Positions 18,732-27,605 of a stretch of DNA of 64,000 nucleotides are shown one piece after another. The DNA is from Candidatus Magasanikiibacteriota bacterium. Its GTDB lineage: Bacteria > Patescibacteriota > Patescibacteriia > Magasanikbacterales > GWA2-37-8. Within the stretch, counting starts at the first letter, position 1. Every line of letters begins with the position of its first letter. Below the pieces are notes generated by a model, which did no database searches, was not told the origin of the DNA, and saw only the letters and a program-made list of their open reading frames with translations. The position numbers and the translations under genes are program-made. The stretch is from assembly GCA_041665405.1 (NCBI GenBank), contig JBAYIZ010000006.1:407-64406 (forward strand), written 5' to 3'.

Positions 18732-19125
18732 TCCAACCGAAAAAAACGGCTTTGTAATATTACTGAGCGTGCTTATCATGGGCTCGGTTGGTTTGGCTGT
18801 GGCATTGTATTTATTATCTGCCGGCCTTACTTCCTCTCAAAACGGCTCAGTTTTAGAATTATCTAATCAGGCGAAAGCTCTCTCGAATGCATGTGCAGAA
18901 ATTGGTTTAGCAAAAATCGCCAACTGTACATCTACTGTTGGAACTTTTGAGACAATCATCGATGAAAGTAAATGTTCATATTCTATAATCCAAACCGGTG
19001 ACAATGGCCGAACTTTGACCAGCCAAGCGACTCAAAATGATTTAACTAGAAAAATTAAGATTGAAGTTGGACAAGTCAGCCCGATAATAACTATTAATTC
19101 ATGGCAAGAAGTCGCTGGTTTTTAA
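18706..19125 (+). CDS. PilX/GspK-like minor pilin candidate (hydrophobic N-terminus, no G|FxxxE site)
   Basis: N-terminus NGFVILLSVLIMGSVGLAVALYLL. It sits within the pilin gene run. The start is uncertain (18652 or 18706). Confidence 0.5.
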   Translation: MILPHYENNPTEKNGFVILLSVLIMGSVGLAVALYLLSAGLTSSQNGSVLELSNQAKALSNACAEIGLAKIANCTSTVGTFETIIDESKCSYSIIQTGDNGRTLTSQATQNDLTRKIKIEVGQVSPIITINSWQEVAGF

Positions 19126-19175
19126 AATAAATACAAACTCTCCAAATTATGATATAATTTGTATGAGAAAATTTT

Positions 19176-20888
19176 ATGAAAAATAAGTTTGGTTTTACAT
19201 TGTTAGAAATTTTATTGGTTGTAGCTACTATGAGTGTGCTGGCAGGTATTGTGATTGTCGCTGTTAATCCCAGCAGACAGCTTGGAGCCGCCCGCAACGC
19301 TACACGCCAAGCGGATATGGGTTCAATTTTGGGTGCGCTTTATCAATATTCACTTGATCATGATAATTTCTTCCCTACCTCTACTGACAACACTTTGAGA
19401 ATGTTGGGCACGAACACGGCTGGATGCGCGATAGATTGTAGTGGGGCGTCCGACCAGGGAGTAGGAGAAACTCCTGCTGTTACCATCACTGACCAGACTC
19501 AAGCAGATTTTCTTCTTGGACCAAAGGCCTCTACATACTATGATTCAACTGGGGGTTATCTAAAACTATCTGCCAATGCTATTTCTGGCACATACACATC
19601 CAATATAAAAAATTCAAATGAATCTTTGGCGATTTGGAATACTCTAGGATGGACAACCAATCGCCCTATTCAAAAAGAACTACCAAATAATGGCCAAACT
19701 GAAACTGGATATCCATCTGGCAACGCCAACATGTCTGACAATGTTTTATTACTACATTTCAACGAACCAAGCGGTGCGGCTAGCTTCACTGATAGCTCAG
19801 GTAATGGTAACGATGCAAGTTGTGGTGGAGTTTGCCCAAACACTATTAACAATGGACTATTTAATAATTCCATAAATTTTTCTGACACCGCAGATGATTA
19901 TTTAGTTGTTGCCGATAGTGATAGTTTAGATCTTACTAATAAGGCGACAATTGAATTTTGGATAAAACCTAGTAAATTAACAATACCTGTTGTTAATGGT
20001 AATCAGTATGCCATAATACTTTATAAAGGCGCTCTTTATGCAAACAGGTCTCTTAATTTTGATAAAATAGCTTTTTGGTTAACAAGTTTTGGACAACATT
20101 ATCTGCGTATATATGTTGGCAATCCTGCGGGAGGGACAAAAATTTTCGACATTAAATATATATCTCCAACCAAGTGGAATCATGTAGTATTTACTTTTGA
20201 TAATGGTACAGCAAAAGCTTATGTTAATGGCATAAAGGGACCTTCCAATTTGGTCGGCACACCAGTTCCTGAGGAAAATAATTTTGGTTTTCCAGCAATG
20301 CAAGCAAATAACCATAATTTATACATAGCTGGAATAATAAGTGATAGATTAGATGCGGCTCTCGATGATGTTGCGATGTATAAACGAGCATTAACTCAAA
20401 CAGAAATTACGGATCATTATATTCGTGGTGCCGCCAGATTAAAATTCCAAACACGATTCTGCCAAGACGAAATTTGTTCCTCCAACCCTGGTTTTATCGG
20501 CCCAGATGGTACATCCAATAGTTATTTTTCTAATTCGCTTAATCCCGCTACACTTAGCGGAATGAATGGACAATATTTTCAATATAAAGCAACCTTGGAA
20601 AGCGATAAAGCTGGAGTTTCCCCAGAATTAAAGACTGTTTCTGCGTCCTACAAAATAGGCAGTGCTGAACCACAAGTAATAGGCACTTTTAGCTCTTCCT
20701 CCACGGCCGAATCCTGTTTAGATCTTTCGCCAGAATTGGTCAGCGACTATTTAAGCGCCATTCCGTTTGATCCAAAATTTGGTAGTCCAGCCAAAACTTA
20801 TTATGCAGTCCAAAAAGGCGCTGGCGGGAGAATGATGATGCAGGCTTGTGGATCGGAAAACGGAGAGAGTATAATAGTGTCACGCTAA
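19176..20888 (+). CDS. large pilin with a LamG/concanavalin-A-like lectin domain (candidate tip adhesin)
   Basis: N-terminus MKNKFG|FTLLEILLVVATMSVLAGIVIVAVNP. The central region is LamG-like (LDLTNKATIEFWIKP...WNHVVFTFDNGTAKAYVNG...LDDVAMYKRALTQTEI). Confidence 0.75.
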   Translation: MKNKFGFTLLEILLVVATMSVLAGIVIVAVNPSRQLGAARNATRQADMGSILGALYQYSLDHDNFFPTSTDNTLRMLGTNTAGCAIDCSGASDQGVGETPAVTITDQTQADFLLGPKASTYYDSTGGYLKLSANAISGTYTSNIKNSNESLAIWNTLGWTTNRPIQKELPNNGQTETGYPSGNANMSDNVLLLHFNEPSGAASFTDSSGNGNDASCGGVCPNTINNGLFNNSINFSDTADDYLVVADSDSLDLTNKATIEFWIKPSKLTIPVVNGNQYAIILYKGALYANRSLNFDKIAFWLTSFGQHYLRIYVGNPAGGTKIFDIKYISPTKWNHVVFTFDNGTAKAYVNGIKGPSNLVGTPVPEENNFGFPAMQANNHNLYIAGIISDRLDAALDDVAMYKRALTQTEITDHYIRGAARLKFQTRFCQDEICSSNPGFIGPDGTSNSYFSNSLNPATLSGMNGQYFQYKATLESDKAGVSPELKTVSASYKIGSAEPQVIGTFSSSSTAESCLDLSPELVSDYLSAIPFDPKFGSPAKTYYAVQKGAGGRMMMQACGSENGESIIVSR

Positions 20889-20920
20889 TAATTCAATTTA
20901 TAAATTAATAATTTTTATAT

Positions 20921-21367
20921 ATGCAAAATCAAAGAGGTTTTACGCTGTTGGAAATTTTGTTGGTGGTAGCGGCGATTGCCATCTTGGCAGGTATCGTCAT
21001 TGTGGCCATCAATCCAGCAAAACAATTGGCAGACACACGCAATGCGCAACGACGAGTGGATGTTAATACTATATTAAACGCCATTTACCAATATGCAATA
21101 GACAATAGAGGAAATATGCCTCCTGACATCACCACTACAAAAACTGAAATTTGTAAAAGTCAAAATGGTAGTGCGTGTGCAGACGCCGCCTTGGTTGATT
21201 TGTCTCCTGTAACTGTCAACGAGGTTTATATTACAGCCATCCCAAGCGATCCTAGCATTGCCACCACAAATGGCACCGGATATTTTATTTCTAAAACTGC
21301 CAATAATCGCATTACTGTTGAAGCAACCGGCGAACCAGCCAGTCAAATTATCTCCGTAACTAGATAA
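20921..21367 (+). CDS. pilA: type IV major pilin (PilA-like)
   Basis: MQNQRG|FTLLEILLVVAAIAILAGIVIVAINP, 148 aa, with a C-terminal Cys pair. Confidence 0.85.
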   Translation: MQNQRGFTLLEILLVVAAIAILAGIVIVAINPAKQLADTRNAQRRVDVNTILNAIYQYAIDNRGNMPPDITTTKTEICKSQNGSACADAALVDLSPVTVNEVYITAIPSDPSIATTNGTGYFISKTANNRITVEATGEPASQIISVTR

Positions 21368-21369
21368 TT

Positions 21370-22734
21370 ATGCCCTCTCCGGCACAAAAAAGAATTGACG
21401 GCGACATCCACATCACCCTATTAATATTAGGGTGGGTGTTTTTGTTAATCAATTTGATGCTGGCCTATTCATTCAAAAATATTTTAGACAGACAATTATC
21501 AATGTTGGTCGGTGGCGCCTTTTTGATGCAGGGACTTTTTCTTTTATTAACTGCCACATACTTTTCTCACACCATAAAAGCGGCCAAAAAAGTTACTGAA
21601 GAATTGGAATTGGCAAAAATAAAAATAGAAACCGAAAAAGCCAAAGATGAGGCACTATTAAACAGCATTGGCGATGGTGTGGTAGCGACTGATAATACTG
21701 GGGCAATTATTTTTATTAACAAAGTCGCCGAAGAAATGTTGTCTTGGACGGGTGCAGTAATAGGAGAAAAATTGGGTGAGATTTCCTTGTTGACTAACGC
21801 CAATGGAGAACATATTTCAATAGAAAAACACCCACTACACCTGAGTTTAGAAACAAAAAAACAAGTAGTTACCAAGGACTATCGATTTGTGCGTGAAGGC
21901 AAAGTGGATCTGGCAGTATACATCAGTGCCACACCAGTAATTCTCAAAGACGAGGTTGTCGGGGCTATCGAAGTTTTCCGTGATATTACCAAAGAAAAAG
22001 AAATAGACCAAGCCAAAAGTGAATTCGTCTCGTTGGCCTCACACCAATTACGCACTCCCCTATCTACTGTAAATTGGTATACAGAAATGTTGTTGGCCGG
22101 TGATGCAGGAAAAATGAATGCTGAACAAAAAAAATATTTGCGCGAAATCTATGATAGTAACAATCGCATGATTGATTTGGTAAACACGTTGCTAAATGTA
22201 TCGCGTATTGAAATGGGGACCTTCAAAGTAAAACCAGAACCAATAAAAATCAGCGAAGTAATAGAATCGCTTTTAAGTGAATTGTCCGTACAAACTTCCC
22301 AACATAAATTAAAAGTGGAAAAAAAGTTTGGCAAGGATGTTCCAACTATCAATGCCGACCCTAGCTTGATTAGAATTATTATACAAAATCTTTTATCCAA
22401 TGCGGTGAAATATACACCCGATGGTGGAAAAATATCCGCCGAAGTGATGCGTCGTCCACACGATGTCATGATTGAAATAAAAGATAGCGGTTATGGTATT
22501 CCAAAAAACCAGCAAGATAAAATTTTTAATAAAATGTTTCGCGCCGAAAATGTGAAGGATAAAATTACGGATGGCAACGGGCTAGGGCTTTATTCCACTA
22601 AAGCAATAGTGGAACAATCCGGTGGAAAAATTTGGTTTGAATCAGAAGAAAACAAAGGCACTTCGTTTTTTGTTACTATTCCGCTAACAGATCCAAAGAA
22701 AAAAATCGGCAAGAAAAATTTATCGGCCTTTTAA
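21370..22734 (+). CDS. membrane sensor histidine kinase with a PAS domain
   Basis: Two TM segments, a PAS-like region, H-box SEFVSLASHQLRTPL, and N/G boxes (NLLSNAVKYT, DSGYGI, GLGLY). Confidence 0.9.
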   Translation: MPSPAQKRIDGDIHITLLILGWVFLLINLMLAYSFKNILDRQLSMLVGGAFLMQGLFLLLTATYFSHTIKAAKKVTEELELAKIKIETEKAKDEALLNSIGDGVVATDNTGAIIFINKVAEEMLSWTGAVIGEKLGEISLLTNANGEHISIEKHPLHLSLETKKQVVTKDYRFVREGKVDLAVYISATPVILKDEVVGAIEVFRDITKEKEIDQAKSEFVSLASHQLRTPLSTVNWYTEMLLAGDAGKMNAEQKKYLREIYDSNNRMIDLVNTLLNVSRIEMGTFKVKPEPIKISEVIESLLSELSVQTSQHKLKVEKKFGKDVPTINADPSLIRIIIQNLLSNAVKYTPDGGKISAEVMRRPHDVMIEIKDSGYGIPKNQQDKIFNKMFRAENVKDKITDGNGLGLYSTKAIVEQSGGKIWFESEENKGTSFFVTIPLTDPKKKIGKKNLSAF

Positions 22735-22772
22735 TTTATTAAAAACTCCTACGGAGCTCGACCCTAGAAATT

Positions 22773-23159
22773 ATGAAAAATACCAAAAAAATTTTAATAG
22801 TGGAAGACGAAAAACCAATCGTCGAAGCTCTCACTATTAAACTTACTAAAGAAGGCTACGAGCCACATTTTGCCACAACTGGAGAAGCTGGGTTGGCTTT
22901 GACAAAAGATCTTCACCCAGACTTAATTTTGTTAGATTTCATTCTGCCAGATATGGACGGCTTGTCATTCCTCAAAACCCTGCGGCTGGATAAATGGGGC
23001 AAATCTGCTCAAGTGCTAATATTGACCAACCTCAGTGATGGCAAAATAGCCGACGAAGTGGCTGAATATGGGGTTTTTGACTATCTGATCAAAGCCGACT
23101 GGCGCCTAGACGATGTGGTGAAGAAGGTGAAAGAAAAAGTAGGCAGAGGAAACAAATAA
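22773..23159 (+). CDS. single-domain response regulator
   Basis: REC motifs ILIVEDE, DLILLDFILPDMDG, and K near the C-terminus. There is no output domain. Confidence 0.88.
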   Translation: MKNTKKILIVEDEKPIVEALTIKLTKEGYEPHFATTGEAGLALTKDLHPDLILLDFILPDMDGLSFLKTLRLDKWGKSAQVLILTNLSDGKIADEVAEYGVFDYLIKADWRLDDVVKKVKEKVGRGNK

Positions 23160-23348
23160 CTCCACAAACAAAAACATCCCGACTAAATCGAGATGTTTTA
23201 TTTTTAAAGCGTTTATATCACTCGCACAATCTGAAAACAAATTTTATTTTCAAATTGCGCGGCGAGTGACATCTACCGCGTCTGCCCCACCGCCCGCTTG
23301 TAGCGAGTGGGGCTACGATGGCTAGTCTCTACAAATTAGCCCTTCCAT

Positions 23349-23822
23349 CTAGAAGGTGCCCGCCCCCAAGGCGAGTTGGACCTCCCATCCGAAGGAGTTC
23401 TTCTCCACGACGTCCTGTTGCCAGCCGACAGGGGCTTTCAGGAAAACGCGGGCACGCCACAGCTTCATACTGACCATCGGACCAGCCCCGTACAACAGCC
23501 CGTCGTTGCCCTTCTGTCCAGAAAGGACCCCGCCGAAGTTGAACGTGAGCCCATCAACGATCACGTCATAGGTGACGCCGTAGGCCATGCCGTAGCCCGA
23601 TACTTGGGTCGGAACCCAGAACTGGGCGAAGTGGGTCGTGTGACCATCCGGCTGGACCAAGTAGAGGCCCATGCCGATGTCGGTGCCGTCCTCAAACCCG
23701 GCGTGTTGCACGAACAGGCCGGCCCCACCAGTCTCCGGACCAGGACCCTCAGCCAGGGCGACTGAAGGAACTGCGAAAAGGACGACGCTCACGATGACGA
23801 AAAACCACGCGATGTGCTTCAT
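23349..23822 (-). CDS. secreted small beta-barrel-like (OMP-like) protein encoded in G+C-rich islet 2
   Basis: ATG 23822 is preceded by GGAG at 7 nt. Signal peptide is MKHIAWFFVIVSVVLFAVPSVALA|EG. It has Gly/aromatic-rich alternating strands and a C-terminal ...LALGAGTF. Third codon positions are G/C-rich. The track start at 23957 lies in the AT-rich leader and is probably spurious. Confidence 0.6.
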   Translation of the reverse strand: MKHIAWFFVIVSVVLFAVPSVALAEGPGPETGGAGLFVQHAGFEDGTDIGMGLYLVQPDGHTTHFAQFWVPTQVSGYGMAYGVTYDVIVDGLTFNFGGVLSGQKGNDGLLYGAGPMVSMKLWRARVFLKAPVGWQQDVVEKNSFGWEVQLALGAGTF

Positions 23823-23994
23823 GGATTTACTCCGAAAACTAGAGTTCATCGGTACCCAGCCGACACACCACGCGACAATCATTGTCGAGAGGTAAGGGTG
23901 ATTATTTATTCCTATATACATTAGAAATACATAATTTCCTTTACCTCTTTGAGACATTATTTATCCATTATAATTTAAAAAGAACTAACTGAAC

Positions 23995-24023
23995 AGTATC
24001 ACACAAAACAATCAAATTGTCAA
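23995..24023 (-). promoter_or_regulatory. sigma70-type promoter reading into G+C-rich islet 2
   Basis: Minus strand reads TTGACAatttgattgttttgtgtGATACT (17-nt spacer). It sits back-to-back with the rpsL promoter. Confidence 0.55.
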
Positions 24024-24031
24024 CATCTCTA

Positions 24032-24060
24032 TTGACAAACCCGCCTAAATATTATATTAT
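24032..24060 (+). promoter_or_regulatory. sigma70-type promoter of the rpsL-rpsG-fusA operon
   Basis: TTGACA-17 nt-TATTAT, about 150 nt upstream of rpsL. Confidence 0.65.
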
Positions 24061-24207
24061 CTACACAGAACTAGTCCTAAACCATCGTATGTATCTGATA
24101 CTTTGGCTAGGGGCGGACCAAAAGAATCGTGGCTGATTATATATGGTCAGTTTTTTTGTTATATTAAATCCGGCAAATCATCTAAGATTAGCCAAATTAA
24201 TTAAATT

Positions 24208-24636
24208 ATGCCTACAGTAAACCAATTGGTTAAAAAGGGTCGCATTAGCAAAGCCCGCAAGACCAAAGTACCGGCATTGCAATTTACCATTGATAACTTG
24301 CACCGCCGAAAAACCGTATTCGCCAAAGGCTGCGCCTTCAAAAGAGGTGTTTGCACTAAGGTATATACAACAACTCCTAAAAAACCTAACTCTGCTTTGC
24401 GTAAAGTCGCCAAAGTTCGTATGAGCAATGGATCAGAAGTTATCGCATATATCCCAGGTGAAGGTCACAATCTACAGGAACACTCTATCGTGCTTTTGCG
24501 CGGTGGTCGTGTAAAAGATCTTCCAGGTGTACGTTACCATATTGTTCGTGGTGTTTATGATGCTCAAGGTATCGAAAAACGCCGCCGCAGTCGCAGTATT
24601 TATGGTACAAAACGTCCAAAAGCAGCAAAGAAATAA
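24208..24636 (+). CDS. rpsL: 30S ribosomal protein S12
   Basis: [12 protein letters not shown]...[18 protein letters not shown]... is canonical S12. Confidence 0.97.
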   Translation: MPTVNQLVKKGRISKARKTKVPALQFTIDNLHRRKTVFAKGCAFKRGVCTKVYTTTPKKPNSALRKVAKVRMSNGSEVIAYIPGEGHNLQEHSIVLLRGGRVKDLPGVRYHIVRGVYDAQGIEKRRRSRSIYGTKRPKAAKK

Positions 24637-24669
24637 TTTAGTCACCTAAAAATTTGAATTTATTAAAAT

Positions 24670-25146
24670 ATGAGAGGAAAGCAATCAAAACAACGAGTTA
24701 TTGCTCCGGATCCAAAATATGGAAGCGTATTGGTGGCTAAATTCACCAACTTCTTGATGGAACGAGGCAAGAAATCAGTGGCTCAAGATATTTTTTATTC
24801 TGCTATGGATAAAATCGCTACTGATACAAAGAAAGATCCAATCAAAATTTTTGAAGAGGCAATCAATGTCATCCGCCCACAGGTAGAGGTTCGTTCTCGC
24901 CGTGTTGGTGGTGCCAACTACCAAGTACCACTTCCAGTTCGTGGTGAACGTCAAAATGCTTTGGCTTTCCGCTGGATTATCGGTGCTGCTCGCAACAAAA
25001 AAGGCCAACCAATGTTCCAAAAGCTTGCAACTGTATTAATGGATGCTCAACAAAATACTGGTGATGCCGTAAAGAAACGCGATGACGTACATCGCATGGC
25101 CGAAGCCAACAAGGCTTTTGCGCATTTCGCACGCTTTGCTAAATAA
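24670..25146 (+). CDS. rpsG: 30S ribosomal protein S7
   Basis: ...PDPKYGS...VEVRSRRVGGANYQVP... is canonical S7. Confidence 0.97.
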   Translation: MRGKQSKQRVIAPDPKYGSVLVAKFTNFLMERGKKSVAQDIFYSAMDKIATDTKKDPIKIFEEAINVIRPQVEVRSRRVGGANYQVPLPVRGERQNALAFRWIIGAARNKKGQPMFQKLATVLMDAQQNTGDAVKKRDDVHRMAEANKAFAHFARFAK

Positions 25147-25154
25147 AAATTCCG

Positions 25155-25240
25155 CAAAGGGTAACTTTTTCGCTTTTTTTGCCCGCGAGGGCAAAAGGAT
25201 GAGCCTCGGCTCATAACCCGCTCAAAAGTAACCCTTTGCT
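25155..25240 (+). ncRNA. candidate structured RNA / terminator-embedded repeat, copy 1
   Basis: Outer stem is GCAAAGGGT.../...ACCCTTTGC. It encloses the conserved core TTTTTCGCTTTTTTTGCCCGCGAGGGCAAAAGGATGAGCCTCGGCTCATAACCCGCTCAAAAG. Related copies are at 38645 and 48340. Confidence 0.5.
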
Positions 25241-25266
25241 CCATTTTAAATTAACATAACAAACTT

Positions 25267-27342
25267 ATGCCTCGTGAATATTCACTAGACAAAACACGTA
25301 ACATTGGTATTGCAGCTCACATCGACGCTGGTAAAACAACCACCACAGAACGTGTGCTTTTTTATACCGGTAAAAAACACAAAATTGGTGAGGTGCACGA
25401 AGGTGCCGCTGAAATGGACTGGATGGAACAAGAAAAAGAACGTGGTATTACTATTACTTCTGCCGCCACTACTTGTTTCTGGAAAGATCACCGCATCAAC
25501 ATCATCGACACTCCTGGACACGTAGACTTTACCGTAGAAGTAGAGCGCTCTTTGCGCGTGCTTGACGGTGCTGTCGCTGTGTTTGATGGATCTCAAGGTG
25601 TAGAACCACAGTCTGAAACTGTGTGGCACCAAGCTGACAAATATAATGTACCTCGCGTTCCTTTTATTAATAAAATGGATAAGTTGGGTGCAGATTTTTA
25701 TATGTGCATGGACTCAATCCATGAGCGTTTATCAAAAAACGCCTACGCCATTCAGTTACCACTTGGCGCTGATAGTACTTTTGAAGGTTTGATTGATGTG
25801 ATCGAAAGCAAAGCTTACCATTTCGAAGGAAAAAATGGTGAAATTGTTGTTGAGATTCCAATTCCAGCCGACATGGTAGAAAAAGTAAAAGAATATCGCA
25901 CAAAGTTGGTAGAAAAAGTTTCAGAGGCTAGTGACGAATTGATGGAAAAGTATTTGAATGGTCAAGAACTATCTGTCGACGAAATCAAAAAAGCTATCCG
26001 CACTTTAACTTTGAAAAATTTATTGTACCCAGTTATCTGTGGTTCTGCTTTGGCAAACATCGGCGTCCAATTTATGTTGGATGCAGTTGTAAGTTATTTG
26101 CCAGCCCCAACAGATTTGCCTCCAACCAAAGGTATTAATCCTGACACTGATGCTGAAGAAGTTCGCAATCCATCTGATGACGAGCCTTTCTCCGCTTTGG
26201 CTTTCAAGATCATGACCGATCCTTTTGTTGGTAAGTTGGTTTTCTTCCGCGTATACTCAGGACATGTTTCTGCTGGCAGTTATTTGCACAACGCTACAAC
26301 TGGCGAACGCAGTCGTTTGGGTCGCATTGTTCGTATGCATGCCAATCACCGTGAAGATGTGACTGACGTTTACTCTGGTGAAATTGCAGCTGCCATCGGT
26401 CTCAAGGATGTCACTACTGGCGATACTCTTTGTGACGAAGAACATCCAATCGTCTTAGAAAAAATTATCTTCCCAGAACCAGTTATTTCTGTGGCTATCG
26501 AACCAAAAACAAAACAGGACCAAGAGCGTATTGGTATGGCTATGCAGAAATTGGCTGAAGAAGACCCAACCTTCCGCATCAAGACTGATGAAGAAACTTT
26601 GCAAACCATTATTTCCGGCATGGGCGAGTTGCATTTGGACATTATCGTGGATCGCATGAAACGCGAGTTCAAGGTAGAAGCCAATGTTGGTGCCCCTCAG
26701 GTTGCCTACAAAGAAACTATCCGCACTACTGCCGAAGCTGAAGGAAAATACATCAAACAGTCTGGTGGTAAGGGTCAATTTGGCCATTGTTATCTCACTG
26801 TTGAGCCCCAAGAAGCTGGCAAAGGATTCGAGTTTGTCGATGAAATCAAAGGCGGAACAATTCCTCGTGAATTTATCCCTGCCATTGAAAAAGGTGTTAA
26901 AGAATCCCTAACTCGCGGTATTCAAGCTGGTTACCCGGTAGTAGACATCAAAGTAACTGTTACTGATGGCTCATACCATGAGGTGGATTCCTCTGAAATG
27001 GCTTTCAAAATGGCCGGATCGATGGCTTTCCAGACAGCTTGTAAAAAGGCCAACCCGGTGATTATGGAGCCTATTATGAAAGTCGAGGTAGTTACCCCAG
27101 AACAATATATGGGTGACTGCATCGGCGACTTAAACAGTAAACGTGGCCAAATACAAGAAATGTTTGACCGTGGCCAGATGAAGGTTGTGAAGGCAATGGT
27201 GCCTCTTGCGTCCATGTTTGGCTATGTCACCTCTTTGCGCTCTATGTCACAAGGTCGCGCTAGTTCCTCTATGGAATTCGATCACTATGCAGATGTTCCA
27301 GGTAATGTGGCTCAAAACATTGTCGCTGGAAAACAGAAATAA
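25267..27342 (+). CDS. fusA: elongation factor G
   Basis: G-domain motifs [18 protein letters not shown]. 691 aa. Confidence 0.97.
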   Translation: MPREYSLDKTRNIGIAAHIDAGKTTTTERVLFYTGKKHKIGEVHEGAAEMDWMEQEKERGITITSAATTCFWKDHRINIIDTPGHVDFTVEVERSLRVLDGAVAVFDGSQGVEPQSETVWHQADKYNVPRVPFINKMDKLGADFYMCMDSIHERLSKNAYAIQLPLGADSTFEGLIDVIESKAYHFEGKNGEIVVEIPIPADMVEKVKEYRTKLVEKVSEASDELMEKYLNGQELSVDEIKKAIRTLTLKNLLYPVICGSALANIGVQFMLDAVVSYLPAPTDLPPTKGINPDTDAEEVRNPSDDEPFSALAFKIMTDPFVGKLVFFRVYSGHVSAGSYLHNATTGERSRLGRIVRMHANHREDVTDVYSGEIAAAIGLKDVTTGDTLCDEEHPIVLEKIIFPEPVISVAIEPKTKQDQERIGMAMQKLAEEDPTFRIKTDEETLQTIISGMGELHLDIIVDRMKREFKVEANVGAPQVAYKETIRTTAEAEGKYIKQSGGKGQFGHCYLTVEPQEAGKGFEFVDEIKGGTIPREFIPAIEKGVKESLTRGIQAGYPVVDIKVTVTDGSYHEVDSSEMAFKMAGSMAFQTACKKANPVIMEPIMKVEVVTPEQYMGDCIGDLNSKRGQIQEMFDRGQMKVVKAMVPLASMFGYVTSLRSMSQGRASSSMEFDHYADVPGNVAQNIVAGKQK

Positions 27343-27364
27343 TACACAAATTCAACTAAACAAT

Positions 27365-27394
27365 ACCCACTTTCTAGACGAGGTGGGTTTTTGT
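27365..27394 (+). terminator. intrinsic terminator after fusA
   Basis: ACCCAC-N12-GTGGGT followed by TTTTTG. Confidence 0.7.
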
Positions 27395-27419
27395 TTATCA
27401 AACAATGATAATTACTAAA

Positions 27420-27567
27420 TTTGTATACACTAGTCTATACAAAAGTGGATAAGTGTGTGCACAACTCCACTCTTGTGTGTATAACTTTTAACTGTTCGCC
27501 TTCTTAGCCACCCTTTTCTTGGCTAACCACAAAAGAAACTCTGTTTGTATAGACTAGTGTATACAAA
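27420..27567. repeat. 148-bp unit bounded by perfect 24-nt inverted repeats (MITE-like element or paired operators)
   Basis: TTTGTATACACTAGTCTATACAAA (27420-27443) has its exact reverse complement TTTGTATAGACTAGTGTATACAAA at 27544-27567. Each copy is itself quasi-palindromic around ACTAGT. Confidence 0.6.
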
Positions 27568-27570
27568 TGG

Positions 27571-27599
27571 TTGACAAAACTCCGTTTGTGTGCTATACT
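27571..27599 (+). promoter_or_regulatory. strong sigma70-type promoter of the unassigned transcript
   Basis: TTGACA-17 nt-TATACT, starting 3 nt after the right inverted repeat. Confidence 0.65.
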
Positions 27600-27605
27600 T
27601 AAATT

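Noticed and set aside
25190-25225. Hammerhead-ribozyme resemblance (GAUGAG-stem-...AAC) in the repeated core
   Set aside because: The core lacks the conserved CUGAUGA and the G12-A13-A14 (GAAA) element; the sequence after the stem is AUAAC. The three-way junction order does not fit a hammerhead.
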